Part shown: in pieces, positions 46,514 to 55,869 of the stretch | How the letters are laid out: the number at the start of each line of letters is the position of its first letter | Position numbering within the stretch: position 1 is the stretch's first letter | Source: a bacterium | GTDB taxonomy: Bacteria > Patescibacteriota > Minisyncoccia > Phycocordibacterales > UBA5272 | Direction of reading: 5' to 3' | Assembly: GCA_023267635.1 (NCBI GenBank) | Contig: JAHFMX010000006.1 | Coordinates: 1,940-65,939 of the forward strand | Length of the DNA: 64,000 nucleotides | Made by a program: the position numbers and the translations under genes | The notes under the pieces: generated by a model | What the model saw: the letters and a program-made list of their open reading frames with translations, nothing else | Database searches by the model: none | Told to the model about the DNA's origin: nothing

Positions 46514-49403
46514 TGTCCTTTGGTATACCAGATTCCGCCCGAATAAAACTGCCAGCAAGAAGTTTAAGCGTGATTTTGAAAATGATGTGGTAAAAAAGAC
46601 CCCTTCTGCTGATGTTAATGGGGGTATTGTGAGTATTGAAGAAGGAACTCTACTGGACTTCAAGGAACAACTGGAGAACCCTCAAGGTTATGTGGTGTGC
46701 TTTGGGACTTATGATGACGAAGCTTTTGGCTCCCCGGTGGCGTTCACAACAGCTAAAAAGGTAAAAGGAAATGAATCCATTATAGCTAGAACTAATGAGT
46801 TCTTTTCTTTCAGGGAAGGCCAGTCAGGGATCGGTATTGTTGATCATGACCCTTCTGAATATGGAAAAACATTGAGGTGGAGAGAGCTATTAAAAATTCT
46901 CATTGAGATTGACCCACAGATAGCCAAAGCTGAGTACGTAGTGCGAGGCTCTTTGTCCGCCGGGGTACACAAGACTGGTGAAAAACCTAAAGATGGTGGT
47001 GGTTTCCACATCTACTTCAATATTTCTGATATGTCTGACGTTAAGCGTTATTTTGACACTATAGGTCAGCATCTTTGGTTGAAAGGCTACGGGTTTATCC
47101 AGGTTGCCGGGGATGGCTCTTTGCATGAGCGGTGCCCTATTGATCTGTGCATGTACCAGCCTACACGTATTGACTTCATAGACCACCCGATAATTGAGGG
47201 TGAAGGGCTTGAATTTACGCCGCCTACAGTGAGATATAAAGCAGGTCTGCCCATAGACACGTCTAAGCTGGAAAAAATCACTGGATCACAAAAAATTGAG
47301 ATTGTTAAGCTTGTGAGTAAGGCTAAAGCTCTCATGAAAGATGAAGCAAAACAGAAACGGGCAGAATACCTGGAAGCAATAGATAAGATTTTAGAGGGTC
47401 AAGGTTTACCAGCTGATGAAAGAGCCCGGCGTATTGCAGATTATTCTGTGGGTAGTGAGGACTTAGCTCCAGGTACTCTACTCCAGTTTGCTAATGGAGT
47501 TGATATATCTGTTGGTGAGCTACTTGAAAGGCATGAAGAGTTTGAAGGTCTTCCATTAGTTGATCCAAGGAATTTAAGGGGGCATTACCCGGATGATTCA
47601 GCACGGTTTTTCTTCAATGAAGAGTTTAATTATCCAATCATTAGAAGCTGGGGGCACAATGGAAAGGTGTTCAGGCTTGTTAGTTATGAAAAAGCTGAAG
47701 CCAAAGAAGAGTTTGAAAAAAAGGTCTATGGTGGTGTAGAAGAGACTCTTGAGACAATGAAGAGTGATGATTCTGTGTGGCGTAGTGCTGAGTTCCTTGA
47801 TGAGTTGATGAATCTTGAGGAACTTGACGGTGCTGAGTATGACAGGGTTGAAAAGAAGCTGAAAGCGTTGGGCGTTGGTAAGGTAAAGCTTGATGATGCT
47901 TTGCGGAAACGTAAAGCTGCTTTGAGAAAAGAGAAAGGTCTTAATCAGAACGGTGGCTACAACATCACTGAATCTGAAGTTGCAAAGAATATTAGTGATA
48001 GGCTTTTTGGAACTATTTGTTATGACAACAAAGGGAAAGATTTTTACATGTATAACGAAGGGCTTTGGTCTGTTGTTTCTGATGAACTGTTGAAGCGTGC
48101 CATAGATGAAGAGCTCTATATTGATTTTCCAATGGGGTTTGGAAAGGTTTTTCTCAATAATGTGAAAGACCTTCTTAAACATGAAATGTTGTTCAGAGGG
48201 TGGGAAAACGAAAAACACTTGTTGCCATTCACTAATGGTGTGTTGGACACAAAAACAATGATTTTGTCAGACCATTCTTTTGAAAACTGGTTTAACTGGC
48301 AACTACCTTATGCTTACGATGTTGATGCAAAAATTGACGTTGTAGAAAAATGGTTGAATGAGTCATGCCTGGATAATTCTGAAAAAGTTAAAACTATAAG
48401 AGCTTTTTTTAAAATGGCGCTGTTGGGTGGTGAGCTTCAAAAATTTCTTGAGTTAATAGGCCCAGGTGGGAGTGGTAAAAGTACACTAACAAGGCTTCTA
48501 ATAAATTTTGTTGGTAAAAGAAATATAGCTACAACTGATCTTGGGAACCTTGAAAAAAGTCAATTTGAGTCAGCAAAAATTTATGGTAAACGTTTAGTTC
48601 TTATAAGTGACTCAAAAAAATTCGGTGGCGAAGTTTCAATACTCAAACAAATGACTGGTGGTGATCCGATAAGACTTGAGAAAAAAGGCATCCAACAAAC
48701 CGGAGCTGATGATTTTATTTATGGCGGGGTTGTTGCAATTGTTGCTAATGAAGCGATACAGTCCTCTGATTATACGTCCGGTTTGTCAAGGCGTAGATTG
48801 CCAGTAACATTTGATCGACAAGTCACCGATACAGATAAGGCTAAATGGGAATCTTTAGGCGGTATTGAATCAGTAATGATTAAGGAGCTTCCAGGTTTGT
48901 TGAATTGGGTTCTTGAAATGAATGAGAGTGAAGTAAGGAAAGCTATTTGTGGTATCAATGGTGTTTTGGTTTTATCAGAGCGTGAACATTTGATCACTAC
49001 AAATAAACAAGCTCAATGGATTCATGAAAATCTTTCTTTGAACCCAAAAAGTTTTTTGAGTGTGTGGGTTAGCATGAGAAAAAAAGATAGCTCTGAGACT
49101 ATAGAAGCTTGCAAGGATAAGTTGTACCCCAACTATGAAAATTGGTGTGATGAGCAAGGATTGAGACCTATAGCTGTTAAAAGTTTTTCTGAAAATATTT
49201 TAGACATTTGTAAAAGACTTGGCTTAGATGCTTGCAAAGTAGTTACCAGATCAGGAGCATACATAAGGGGTTTTGAAATACGGGATAGAGATAAAAAAGG
49301 TTTATGCTCTCCTATAACTGGAAAAGTTTTTATGGAAGAACCAAAAGAATTAAGCAATGTTATTTCTTTAACTAAAGCTAAAGGTAAAAAAAGTAAATAT
49401 TGA
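46506..49403 (+). CDS. primase-helicase (prim-pol-like N-terminus, D5-like SF3 helicase)
   Basis: VDHD and GGFHIYF primase-like motifs; LLPFTNGVLD; Walker A GPGGSGKST; LKQMTGGDPI; RRRLPVTF. Confidence 0.88.
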   Translation: MSNVLWYTRFRPNKTASKKFKRDFENDVVKKTPSADVNGGIVSIEEGTLLDFKEQLENPQGYVVCFGTYDDEAFGSPVAFTTAKKVKGNESIIARTNEFFSFREGQSGIGIVDHDPSEYGKTLRWRELLKILIEIDPQIAKAEYVVRGSLSAGVHKTGEKPKDGGGFHIYFNISDMSDVKRYFDTIGQHLWLKGYGFIQVAGDGSLHERCPIDLCMYQPTRIDFIDHPIIEGEGLEFTPPTVRYKAGLPIDTSKLEKITGSQKIEIVKLVSKAKALMKDEAKQKRAEYLEAIDKILEGQGLPADERARRIADYSVGSEDLAPGTLLQFANGVDISVGELLERHEEFEGLPLVDPRNLRGHYPDDSARFFFNEEFNYPIIRSWGHNGKVFRLVSYEKAEAKEEFEKKVYGGVEETLETMKSDDSVWRSAEFLDELMNLEELDGAEYDRVEKKLKALGVGKVKLDDALRKRKAALRKEKGLNQNGGYNITESEVAKNISDRLFGTICYDNKGKDFYMYNEGLWSVVSDELLKRAIDEELYIDFPMGFGKVFLNNVKDLLKHEMLFRGWENEKHLLPFTNGVLDTKTMILSDHSFENWFNWQLPYAYDVDAKIDVVEKWLNESCLDNSEKVKTIRAFFKMALLGGELQKFLELIGPGGSGKSTLTRLLINFVGKRNIATTDLGNLEKSQFESAKIYGKRLVLISDSKKFGGEVSILKQMTGGDPIRLEKKGIQQTGADDFIYGGVVAIVANEAIQSSDYTSGLSRRRLPVTFDRQVTDTDKAKWESLGGIESVMIKELPGLLNWVLEMNESEVRKAICGINGVLVLSEREHLITTNKQAQWIHENLSLNPKSFLSVWVSMRKKDSSETIEACKDKLYPNYENWCDEQGLRPIAVKSFSENILDICKRLGLDACKVVTRSGAYIRGFEIRDRDKKGLCSPITGKVFMEEPKELSNVISLTKAKGKKSKY

Positions 49404-49489
49404 TGTTGTGGGTAGAAACAAAATGTTATGAATGGGTTGTGAATATGTTGTGTTACAGAATATTGATTTTACTGGGTTGCGGTGTATGT

Positions 49490-49683
49490 GGTGGATAAAT
49501 GACACATTTAGCTATAAGGTACATATATGCATAAAACCCTACATTATAGTAGGTAATATATGTATATATGTACCCCTATACACGGACTTGAAGTGCCAAA
49601 ATCCACTGCAATCCACCGCAGCCCACGAGTGACGTGGCTTCCGAGTCATAACACCTATACACCACGGTGGTGGATAATCCACA
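49490..49683. other. putative replication origin (nested palindromes, GTGGATAA motifs)
   Basis: Inverted repeat 49518-49574, palindrome GTGGATAATCCAC 49670-49682; directly downstream of primase. Confidence 0.5.
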
Positions 49684-49734
49684 TATTTTGGGTTAAAAAG
49701 TTTTTTAACAATGAAAATAGAGAAAATTAAGATG

Positions 49735-49855
49735 AAAAATTTTAAAAAATAGAGAAAAAATTTTAAAAAAGAGAGAAAATTTTAAAAAAGAGAGAAAATT
49801 TTAAAAAAGAGAGAAAAAATTTTAAAAAAGAGAGAAAAAATTTTAAAAAAGAGAG
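49735..49855. repeat. six tandem 19-21 nt A-tract repeats A4-6TTTTAAAAAAGAGAG
   Basis: Read directly from sequence. Confidence 0.9.
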
Positions 49856-50015
49856 AAATGAAGATGAAAAAATTAGGTGAAAGATTTTATGATTCAGTTA
49901 TAGATTTGTACTTATCTGAAGAACTTTTTAAATCAAAACAGGAAACCAAGAAATGACGACCGAAGAACTTTTAAAATATTTTAAAAATATTGCTGATGAA
50001 GATTTTGTGTTAACA

Positions 50016-50186
50016 GAAGATCAGCTCAAAGAAATTTTAAAACCGAAAAACATTAAACAGGAAAAAACAAAATGAGAAAAAAAGAGAAAATAAAAAATGA
50101 AGATCAGCTCAAAGAATTTTTAAAACCGAAAAACATTAAACAGGAAAAACAAAATGAGAAAAAAAGAGAAAATAAAAAATGAAGAT
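50016..50186. repeat. tandem duplication of ~82-83 nt
   Basis: GAAGATCAGCTCAAAGAA...AAAAAAT units starting at 50016 and 50099. Confidence 0.9.
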
Positions 50187-50573
50187 AGTGTAGATTTTCA
50201 ACTCGAAGGCATTCAAAGTCTTTTGAAAACCATGCCAGTTGAATATCATGATGAGGCTTATAGAAAGCTGATAGTTAACCTCCTTGATGAGTTATCAGAT
50301 TTACTTGTATGCTACAAGGAGTTAAAGACCAATGAAGACTTTGAGGATAATGATTTACTACGAAGACAAGCTTTTAAAGAAGCAGACATGGAAGGTATTA
50401 AATTTTTAAAAGGTTGGAGGATGAATATAGAGGTTGATAAAGTTAACAGGTACTTTCCTTATCCACATTGTGGGGATCACTACTACCCTATAGTCAGGAA
50501 GGATGAGTGGGGTGAGATAAAAGAATATTTTAGAAACAGAAAAAGGAAAAACAAAAGTGAAAAACTATTATGA
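50154..50573 (+). CDS. hypothetical protein
   Basis: 139 aa, AGGA SD. Confidence 0.5.
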   Translation: MRKKEKIKNEDSVDFQLEGIQSLLKTMPVEYHDEAYRKLIVNLLDELSDLLVCYKELKTNEDFEDNDLLRRQAFKEADMEGIKFLKGWRMNIEVDKVNRYFPYPHCGDHYYPIVRKDEWGEIKEYFRNRKRKNKSEKLL

Positions 50574-50868
50574 TGAAGAAAAAAATTTATTTGAAAAAAT
50601 TATTTGGCATTTAAAATTTTTGGGTAAAAATTATTCCAAAGTTAAACATGATGAACCAAAAGATTTCAATAGGCTCATACATGAAGTTGCACAAATAGAT
50701 TTACGTGCAGCGTTGTACTTGGAAAAAGATGCCTGGAGAATTGAAAATTTTATTGAGTCTTATGAACTCGAAGAAAGTTTTTTATGGTGGGACACACCAC
50801 AAGGCGCAAAGTTTTGGGATAGCATAGCAGTCAGAGTTGGCTGGCAAAGAAATTATTTTGGAGATTAA
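50557..50868 (+). CDS. hypothetical protein
   Basis: FLWWDTPQGAKFW motif common in phage hypotheticals. Confidence 0.55.
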   Translation: MKNYYDEEKNLFEKIIWHLKFLGKNYSKVKHDEPKDFNRLIHEVAQIDLRAALYLEKDAWRIENFIESYELEESFLWWDTPQGAKFWDSIAVRVGWQRNYFGD

Positions 50869-50869
50869 G

Positions 50870-51502
50870 ATGGCTGAAGTATTACCACCAAGAAAGAAAT
50901 ATATAAAATCTAAGTTGGTTGAAAAAAATCCTGCACCGAAAGGGAAGCCAAGAGGCAGGCCAACAAAGTCAGAGGATAAAGCAAAAATAAAGTTTTATGG
51001 GGGGGAAAATAAAAGGGATAAGATTGTTGCTGACTATAAACTCGGGTGCATGTCTAATCAAGACATAGCTTATCGACATGATGTATCAGAAGGCACTGTT
51101 AGAAATCATACAAAGGGACTTGAAAAAGATAATAAGTATGTTTATGAGTCAGGAATGGAGTACTATAAAAATCTAGCAAACCTAGATTCTTATGAATTTG
51201 AAGTAGTTAAAGAGATAGTTGAGCTTCGAAATTCACAACTTCATTTTATTTCCTGTGCAACAATAAAGAACGTAGCACACGTTTCACAGAAAATAAATTC
51301 AAACATGACGCTCGATGAACACTTAAAAGTCCAACACATTTTAAAGAAAGGGAGGGAGACTGTTGAACCTAGACGTGACAATCAAGCAGTAACTATCAAC
51401 CAAACAACCGGCATTAACATCAAAACATTGTCAGACGAAGAATTAATTCAAGAATCAAGGAGGCTCGACGAAAAACTAAGAATCGTGGGTGATGGAAAAT
51501 GA
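50870..51502 (+). CDS. terminase small subunit-like HTH protein
   Basis: GGAG SD; DYKLG.MSNQDIAYRHDVSEGTVR HTH; C-terminal INIKTLSDEEL. Confidence 0.55.
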   Translation: MAEVLPPRKKYIKSKLVEKNPAPKGKPRGRPTKSEDKAKIKFYGGENKRDKIVADYKLGCMSNQDIAYRHDVSEGTVRNHTKGLEKDNKYVYESGMEYYKNLANLDSYEFEVVKEIVELRNSQLHFISCATIKNVAHVSQKINSNMTLDEHLKVQHILKKGRETVEPRRDNQAVTINQTTGINIKTLSDEELIQESRRLDEKLRIVGDGK

Positions 51503-52172
51503 AAAAGAAAAAGTATACTTTAGAGATTATTGATAGAGATTCTGGTAGGGTAGTACAAACTGAAACCCGGAAAAGTGCCACAGCTTTTGATAGGCTGTGG
51601 TGTAAAGCAATCTCTAACATTAATTCATTGAAATATAAATTGAGAATTTCAATCGAAGAAACTTAACCTGGGAAAAATAGAATGAAAACAGACATAGAAA
51701 ACATAACACGCAAAGAACTTATAAAACTTTATGAGCATCAAGCTATCCGGATCAGAGAACTCGAAGCTGAGTTAAAAAGTCTGAAAGGTTTGAACGATGA
51801 GTTCATTGAAATAATATTTAAGCCGACGCTTGAAGAGCAGTACATATTTTTTAACACTTAGTTTGAAGTCTGACTAAGGAATACAACAAGGCTCTACACA
51901 AGGCATTATGTCTGTGATTAGTAAGAGCAGCTTAAAAAAATACCGCCAAAAATACCGCCATTAACTTAAACTGAGAGAAAATTAGATGAACTTTGAAATT
52001 AATTTAAAAAATCGTGATGCACGGCGAGAAGAAGTAAGAGCAATAGCCTTTGCCCAAAAAGAGTGGCTAAGGAACAAGATTGAGCCTAATGGGGAAATTA
52101 AGAGACTATGGCCATACCAACACACTACCTCAGAGGTGAAAGTGTCACCAGCATCAAATTTGAGGGGTTCCT

Positions 52173-52421
52173 GTGGTTGAAATTAAAGAGACAAAAAATA
52201 AAGCAGAGTTTATAGAGGCACAAAACATTATCAATAATTTTGAAGAAGTGATAGAAAAACTCAGGTACACAAACAGGGCATTGTATGGGCACTTTAATGC
52301 TTTTGAGGAAGAGGTGTTTAAGCTTAAAGCACAGATTGATAACTTTAAAACCCAGATTAATAATTTGAAAACTGAGAACCAAGCACTTCATGATGAGTTG
52401 GGTAGACGTGGGCAATGGTAG
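52173..52421 (+). CDS. hypothetical coiled-coil protein
   Basis: GAGGGG SD, GTG start. Confidence 0.45.
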   Translation: MVEIKETKNKAEFIEAQNIINNFEEVIEKLRYTNRALYGHFNAFEEEVFKLKAQIDNFKTQINNLKTENQALHDELGRRGQW

Positions 52422-52469
52422 TTTTTTTACATAAAATGTGGTAACTTATAATTTTAGAAGGAGATAGCT

Positions 52470-52619
52470 ATGCCAACAAAATCTAAGCCCCAAAAAAGAT
52501 TAATGCAAGCAGTCGAGCATAACCCTGAGTTTGCCAAGAAAGTTGGTATCCCACAGAAGGTTGGTAAGGACTTTCTTGAAGCTGACAAAGCTATTGGCAA
52601 ACTGAAAAAGAAAAAGTAG
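52470..52619 (+). CDS. 49-aa basic protein MPTKSKPQKRLMQAVEHNPEFAKKVGIPQKVGKDF
   Basis: AAGGAG SD; widespread small phage family near packaging genes. Confidence 0.7.
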   Translation: MPTKSKPQKRLMQAVEHNPEFAKKVGIPQKVGKDFLEADKAIGKLKKKK

Positions 52620-52631
52620 GTATATGCCTGT

Positions 52632-52820
52632 ATGATTGAGCGATTAAATGAAGAAAGAGAGCGATGCTTGTTGGTTTTAAAGCATAATGAGACAGTGGTG
52701 GGTGACTTAGAGCTTTCAAGAAAGCTTAGAAATGATCTGTGCTTTGCAGGTGCCGCTGTTTATTTCAAGAATGAAGAGAATATTCATAAAGCTTATAGAG
52801 CTTTGAAGAGCTACGTGTAG
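52632..52820 (+). CDS. hypothetical protein
   Basis: 62 aa, abuts terL. Confidence 0.45.
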   Translation: MIERLNEERERCLLVLKHNETVVGDLELSRKLRNDLCFAGAAVYFKNEENIHKAYRALKSYV

Positions 52821-54977
52821 ATGTCAGTAGCCCCTGAGAGTGCTAGAGAGCTTCTAAGAGCGAAGGTCGAAGTAGCCAGAGAGATAGAGAAGCGAGAGTG
52901 TGAAAAGTCTCTAGCAGAGTTCTGTCGCTCTGCATGGCACATCATAGAGCCGGGAACTCCACTCAAGTGGAACTGGCACATTGACACTATCTGCGCTTAC
53001 ATCCAGGCTTTCCATGAGGGGAAGTTACCGGATAAGAGGTTGATCATAAACGTACCTCCAGGGACTTTAAAAAGTATCATTGTCTCTGTGATGTACCCAT
53101 CTTGGGCTTGGATCAAAGACCCTTCTACTCGGTTCTTGGCTATCAGTAACGCTGCTTCTTTGGCTACTCGTGATGCATTGAGAATGAAGTCAATCGTCAC
53201 ATCCCCTTGGTATCAGAGCCACTGGCCAACGACATTGAGGATCGATCAGAATGAGAAGAACCTGTTTGTTAATGGCACACAAGGCTTCAGGCAGTCACAA
53301 GGTATAAGTGCATGTACCACTGGGAAGCGTGGAGATTGCTTTCCAGAATATATGGAAGTGTCTACAGAGCATGGGATGAAGAAGATTACAGAAGTTAAGG
53401 TCAATGACTTGGTTTGGTCTATGAACACTAAGACCGGGGGTGTAGAGTTAAAGCCAGTCACTCACTTAGTGCACAATGGCACAAGTGAGATTGTTGAAGT
53501 AGTGCTTAGTAATGGTCAGATAATACACTGTACACCTGACCATAAGGTTTGGACTATTGAAGAGGGTATGGTTAGGGCTGATAGCTTAGTGTCTGTTAAG
53601 GGCTCTGAGCTCTCTCTTGACATCATTAGCATAATTGGCACTAATTCCAAACAATTTAGCAAGCTCTTTACCAGTCATGGTGGAGTTAACAAACCTCTCT
53701 TCACTCCTGATAAGACCTGTGTTGCTGATAGAGTAAGCACCCTCATAACCAGGGATAGTACGCCACTCAATGTTGTTAGTAGTAGAAGTATTGGGCATAT
53801 TAGTGATACCTACTGTTTGTGTGTGAAAGACAATGCTACATTATTTGTAGGAACAAGACAAGTGCTTGTCTCCAATTGTCTAATAATAGATGACCCCGTA
53901 GACAGCCAACAAGCCTTCTCTGATGTTATTAGAGAATCAGTTAACAATACGTGGGATAATGCTTTGTCATCAAGATTAAATGACATGACAAAATCCGGAG
54001 TGCTATTAATCCAACAAAGGGTTAATGAACTTGACCTTACTGGGCATCTGCTAAAAAAAGTAAAATCACATTGGACACATCTTAGCATTCCAATGAGGTA
54101 TGAAGGAACATCAACGTTTAATCCCATTAAAGATATTGGAAATGCTGAAGTAAAAGACCCAAGAATAAAAAAGAGTCAACTACTATTTCCTTCTCGATTT
54201 CCTGAGCGTGCAGTTCAATCGTTAGAGGAAGACTTAGGAGAGTATGGTACTTCGGCTCAGCTTCAACAAAGACCGGTTCCGGCAGGCGGCGGAATTATAA
54301 AAAAACATTGGTGGCGTGTCTTACCAGAAGACGAAATGCCAAAGATCATCAACGTCTTCATCAGCTTCGACACTGCGTTCTCAGAAGCAGACTCAAAGAC
54401 TTCTGCGTTCTCCGCCGCGACGCGCTGGGGTATCTTCTGGCATGAGCAAAGACAACGCTACTGTCTCTTGGCGTTGGGCATGTGGTTCGCACGGGTAGGC
54501 TACGACGAGCTACGTGCTACAGTCCAGGCCATGAACAAAGACCATGATCCCGATGTGCTACTCATCGAAAAAAAGGCAACAGGCATAAGTATCATACAAG
54601 ATTTGAAGAGATCAGTTCCAGGTAAGGTAAGAGCGTACTGCCCAGGCAAGGGAGAAGACAAGATCAGTAGAGGAAACTCAGTATCCCCTATGGTGCAATC
54701 AGGTCAATGCTATGTACCTAACAAGACTTGGGCTTTAGGTGATGGTAAGGGCAAGCTAGGTTTGATTGATTACATTGCTAGTTTTCCCGGAGGTGCACCA
54801 CCCGCGCCAGACATATTTGACTCATTTTCAGCGGCACTCATATTCATGCGCTCAGGCAATTGGCTCGGAGATCATGATGACGACAAAGACTGGACTAATG
54901 TTATCACACACGTGAGCTCTGAAGAGGAGGATGAAGACCTTGAAGACTCAGCAATACCAACTCGATTTTATGGCTAA
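52821..54977 (+). CDS. terL: terminase large subunit, intein-containing
   Basis: WNWHI, RLIINVPPGTLKS, GKRGD/CLIIDDP split by intein, AQLQQRP, SFDTAF, IEKKATG. Confidence 0.92.
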   Translation: MSVAPESARELLRAKVEVAREIEKRECEKSLAEFCRSAWHIIEPGTPLKWNWHIDTICAYIQAFHEGKLPDKRLIINVPPGTLKSIIVSVMYPSWAWIKDPSTRFLAISNAASLATRDALRMKSIVTSPWYQSHWPTTLRIDQNEKNLFVNGTQGFRQSQGISACTTGKRGDCFPEYMEVSTEHGMKKITEVKVNDLVWSMNTKTGGVELKPVTHLVHNGTSEIVEVVLSNGQIIHCTPDHKVWTIEEGMVRADSLVSVKGSELSLDIISIIGTNSKQFSKLFTSHGGVNKPLFTPDKTCVADRVSTLITRDSTPLNVVSSRSIGHISDTYCLCVKDNATLFVGTRQVLVSNCLIIDDPVDSQQAFSDVIRESVNNTWDNALSSRLNDMTKSGVLLIQQRVNELDLTGHLLKKVKSHWTHLSIPMRYEGTSTFNPIKDIGNAEVKDPRIKKSQLLFPSRFPERAVQSLEEDLGEYGTSAQLQQRPVPAGGGIIKKHWWRVLPEDEMPKIINVFISFDTAFSEADSKTSAFSAATRWGIFWHEQRQRYCLLALGMWFARVGYDELRATVQAMNKDHDPDVLLIEKKATGISIIQDLKRSVPGKVRAYCPGKGEDKISRGNSVSPMVQSGQCYVPNKTWALGDGKGKLGLIDYIASFPGGAPPAPDIFDSFSAALIFMRSGNWLGDHDDDKDWTNVITHVSSEEEDEDLEDSAIPTRFYG
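53337..53876 (+). mobile_element. 180-aa mini-intein in TerL
   Basis: Cys1 (CFPEYMEV), block B CTPDHKVW, block F DTYCLCV, terminal SN followed by +1 Cys. Confidence 0.88.
53586..53798 (-). CDS. antisense NUMOD4-HTH protein inside the intein (HNH core absent)
   Basis: EWRTIPGYEGAYSISNTGLIRS (NUMOD4) joined to MTGKELAKLFGISANYANDVKR (HTH); TAGGT SD-like site upstream. Confidence 0.75.
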   Translation of the reverse strand: MPNTSTTNNIEWRTIPGYEGAYSISNTGLIRSEERFVNSTMTGKELAKLFGISANYANDVKRELRALNRH

Positions 54978-54994
54978 CTTAAAATAGGAAACTT

Positions 54995-55273
54995 ATGAAC
55001 AAACTAATTTTAATCTCTATACTTTTAACTGGATGTGCTACTGCAAGCAGAGACATCACATATTCTGATGGCACTACATCACACCTCTATGTCTTTGAAC
55101 TTGGAAGGACTGAGGCAATAACAGCACTCAATGCTTCTGAGTCCAGGGACTCAAGTAACTTATCAGTAGGTTCTGCTAATGCAGATGTGAATGTAAAGGC
55201 TATTGATGCTTCAGGTGCATTGATTGGGGATGCTATTGGTACAGCTCTAAAAATATTTGTAGGTAAACCATAA
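54995..55273 (+). CDS. lipoprotein, possible spanin
   Basis: Lipobox LLTGC; TAATG-coupled to endolysin. Confidence 0.6.
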   Translation: MNKLILISILLTGCATASRDITYSDGTTSHLYVFELGRTEAITALNASESRDSSNLSVGSANADVNVKAIDASGALIGDAIGTALKIFVGKP

Positions 55274-55848
55274 TGGCAGACTTTAAAAAAGCATACAACA
55301 TAACGATCAAGAACGAAGGACTTTACAGTGTAGACCCAGATGATATGGGGGGAGAAACTTTCAATGGCATATCCAGAAAGAATTGGCCTAGTTGGAGTGG
55401 GTGGAGTGTAGTAGATGGTGCAAAAGTAAATGGAAAGCTAAGAATAACACCAGACTTCATGAACAAGATTGCTCCATTGGTTTTTAATTTCTACAAGGCA
55501 AACTTCTGGGACGCAGTGCGGGGGGATGGCATACCTAGTCAAGCTATTGCCAATGAATTATTTGACACCGCTGTGAATGTTTCTGTGCACCAAGCCACCA
55601 TGTTCTTGCAAGCGTCTCTGAACATCATGAATAACAGGGGGAAATTGTGGCAGGATATTAAGGAAGATGGTAAATTTGGTGCAGGTACTTTGAGCTCTCT
55701 GCAAACTGCGGTCAAGGTTCGTGGGGAAGCAATGGTGTACAAAGTTCTTAACTGCTATCAAGGAGCTTTTTATATCAATCTCATGGAGAACAAAGAACTT
55801 AATGAGAAGTACATCGGTTGGTTCAACAGAGTTAACACAAACATATAA
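55273..55848 (+). CDS. endolysin, glycoside hydrolase family 108
   Basis: NEGLYSVDPDDMGGETFNGI; FYKANFWD; LFDTAVN; EDGKFGAGTL; GWFNRV. Confidence 0.9.
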   Translation: MADFKKAYNITIKNEGLYSVDPDDMGGETFNGISRKNWPSWSGWSVVDGAKVNGKLRITPDFMNKIAPLVFNFYKANFWDAVRGDGIPSQAIANELFDTAVNVSVHQATMFLQASLNIMNNRGKLWQDIKEDGKFGAGTLSSLQTAVKVRGEAMVYKVLNCYQGAFYINLMENKELNEKYIGWFNRVNTNI

Positions 55849-55869
55849 AACAAGTAGGAGTTAAATATC

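Noticed and set aside
47598-48218. 206-aa antisense ORF in the primase gene
   Set aside because: F/I/L-rich shadow of a Lys/Glu-rich sense gene, with no recognisable motif
49735-49855. Possible CRISPR array
   Set aside because: Repeats are contiguous with no unique spacers, and no cas operon is present
51936-51960. AAAAATACCGCC tandem pair
   Set aside because: Only two copies of 12 nt; no further support for a function
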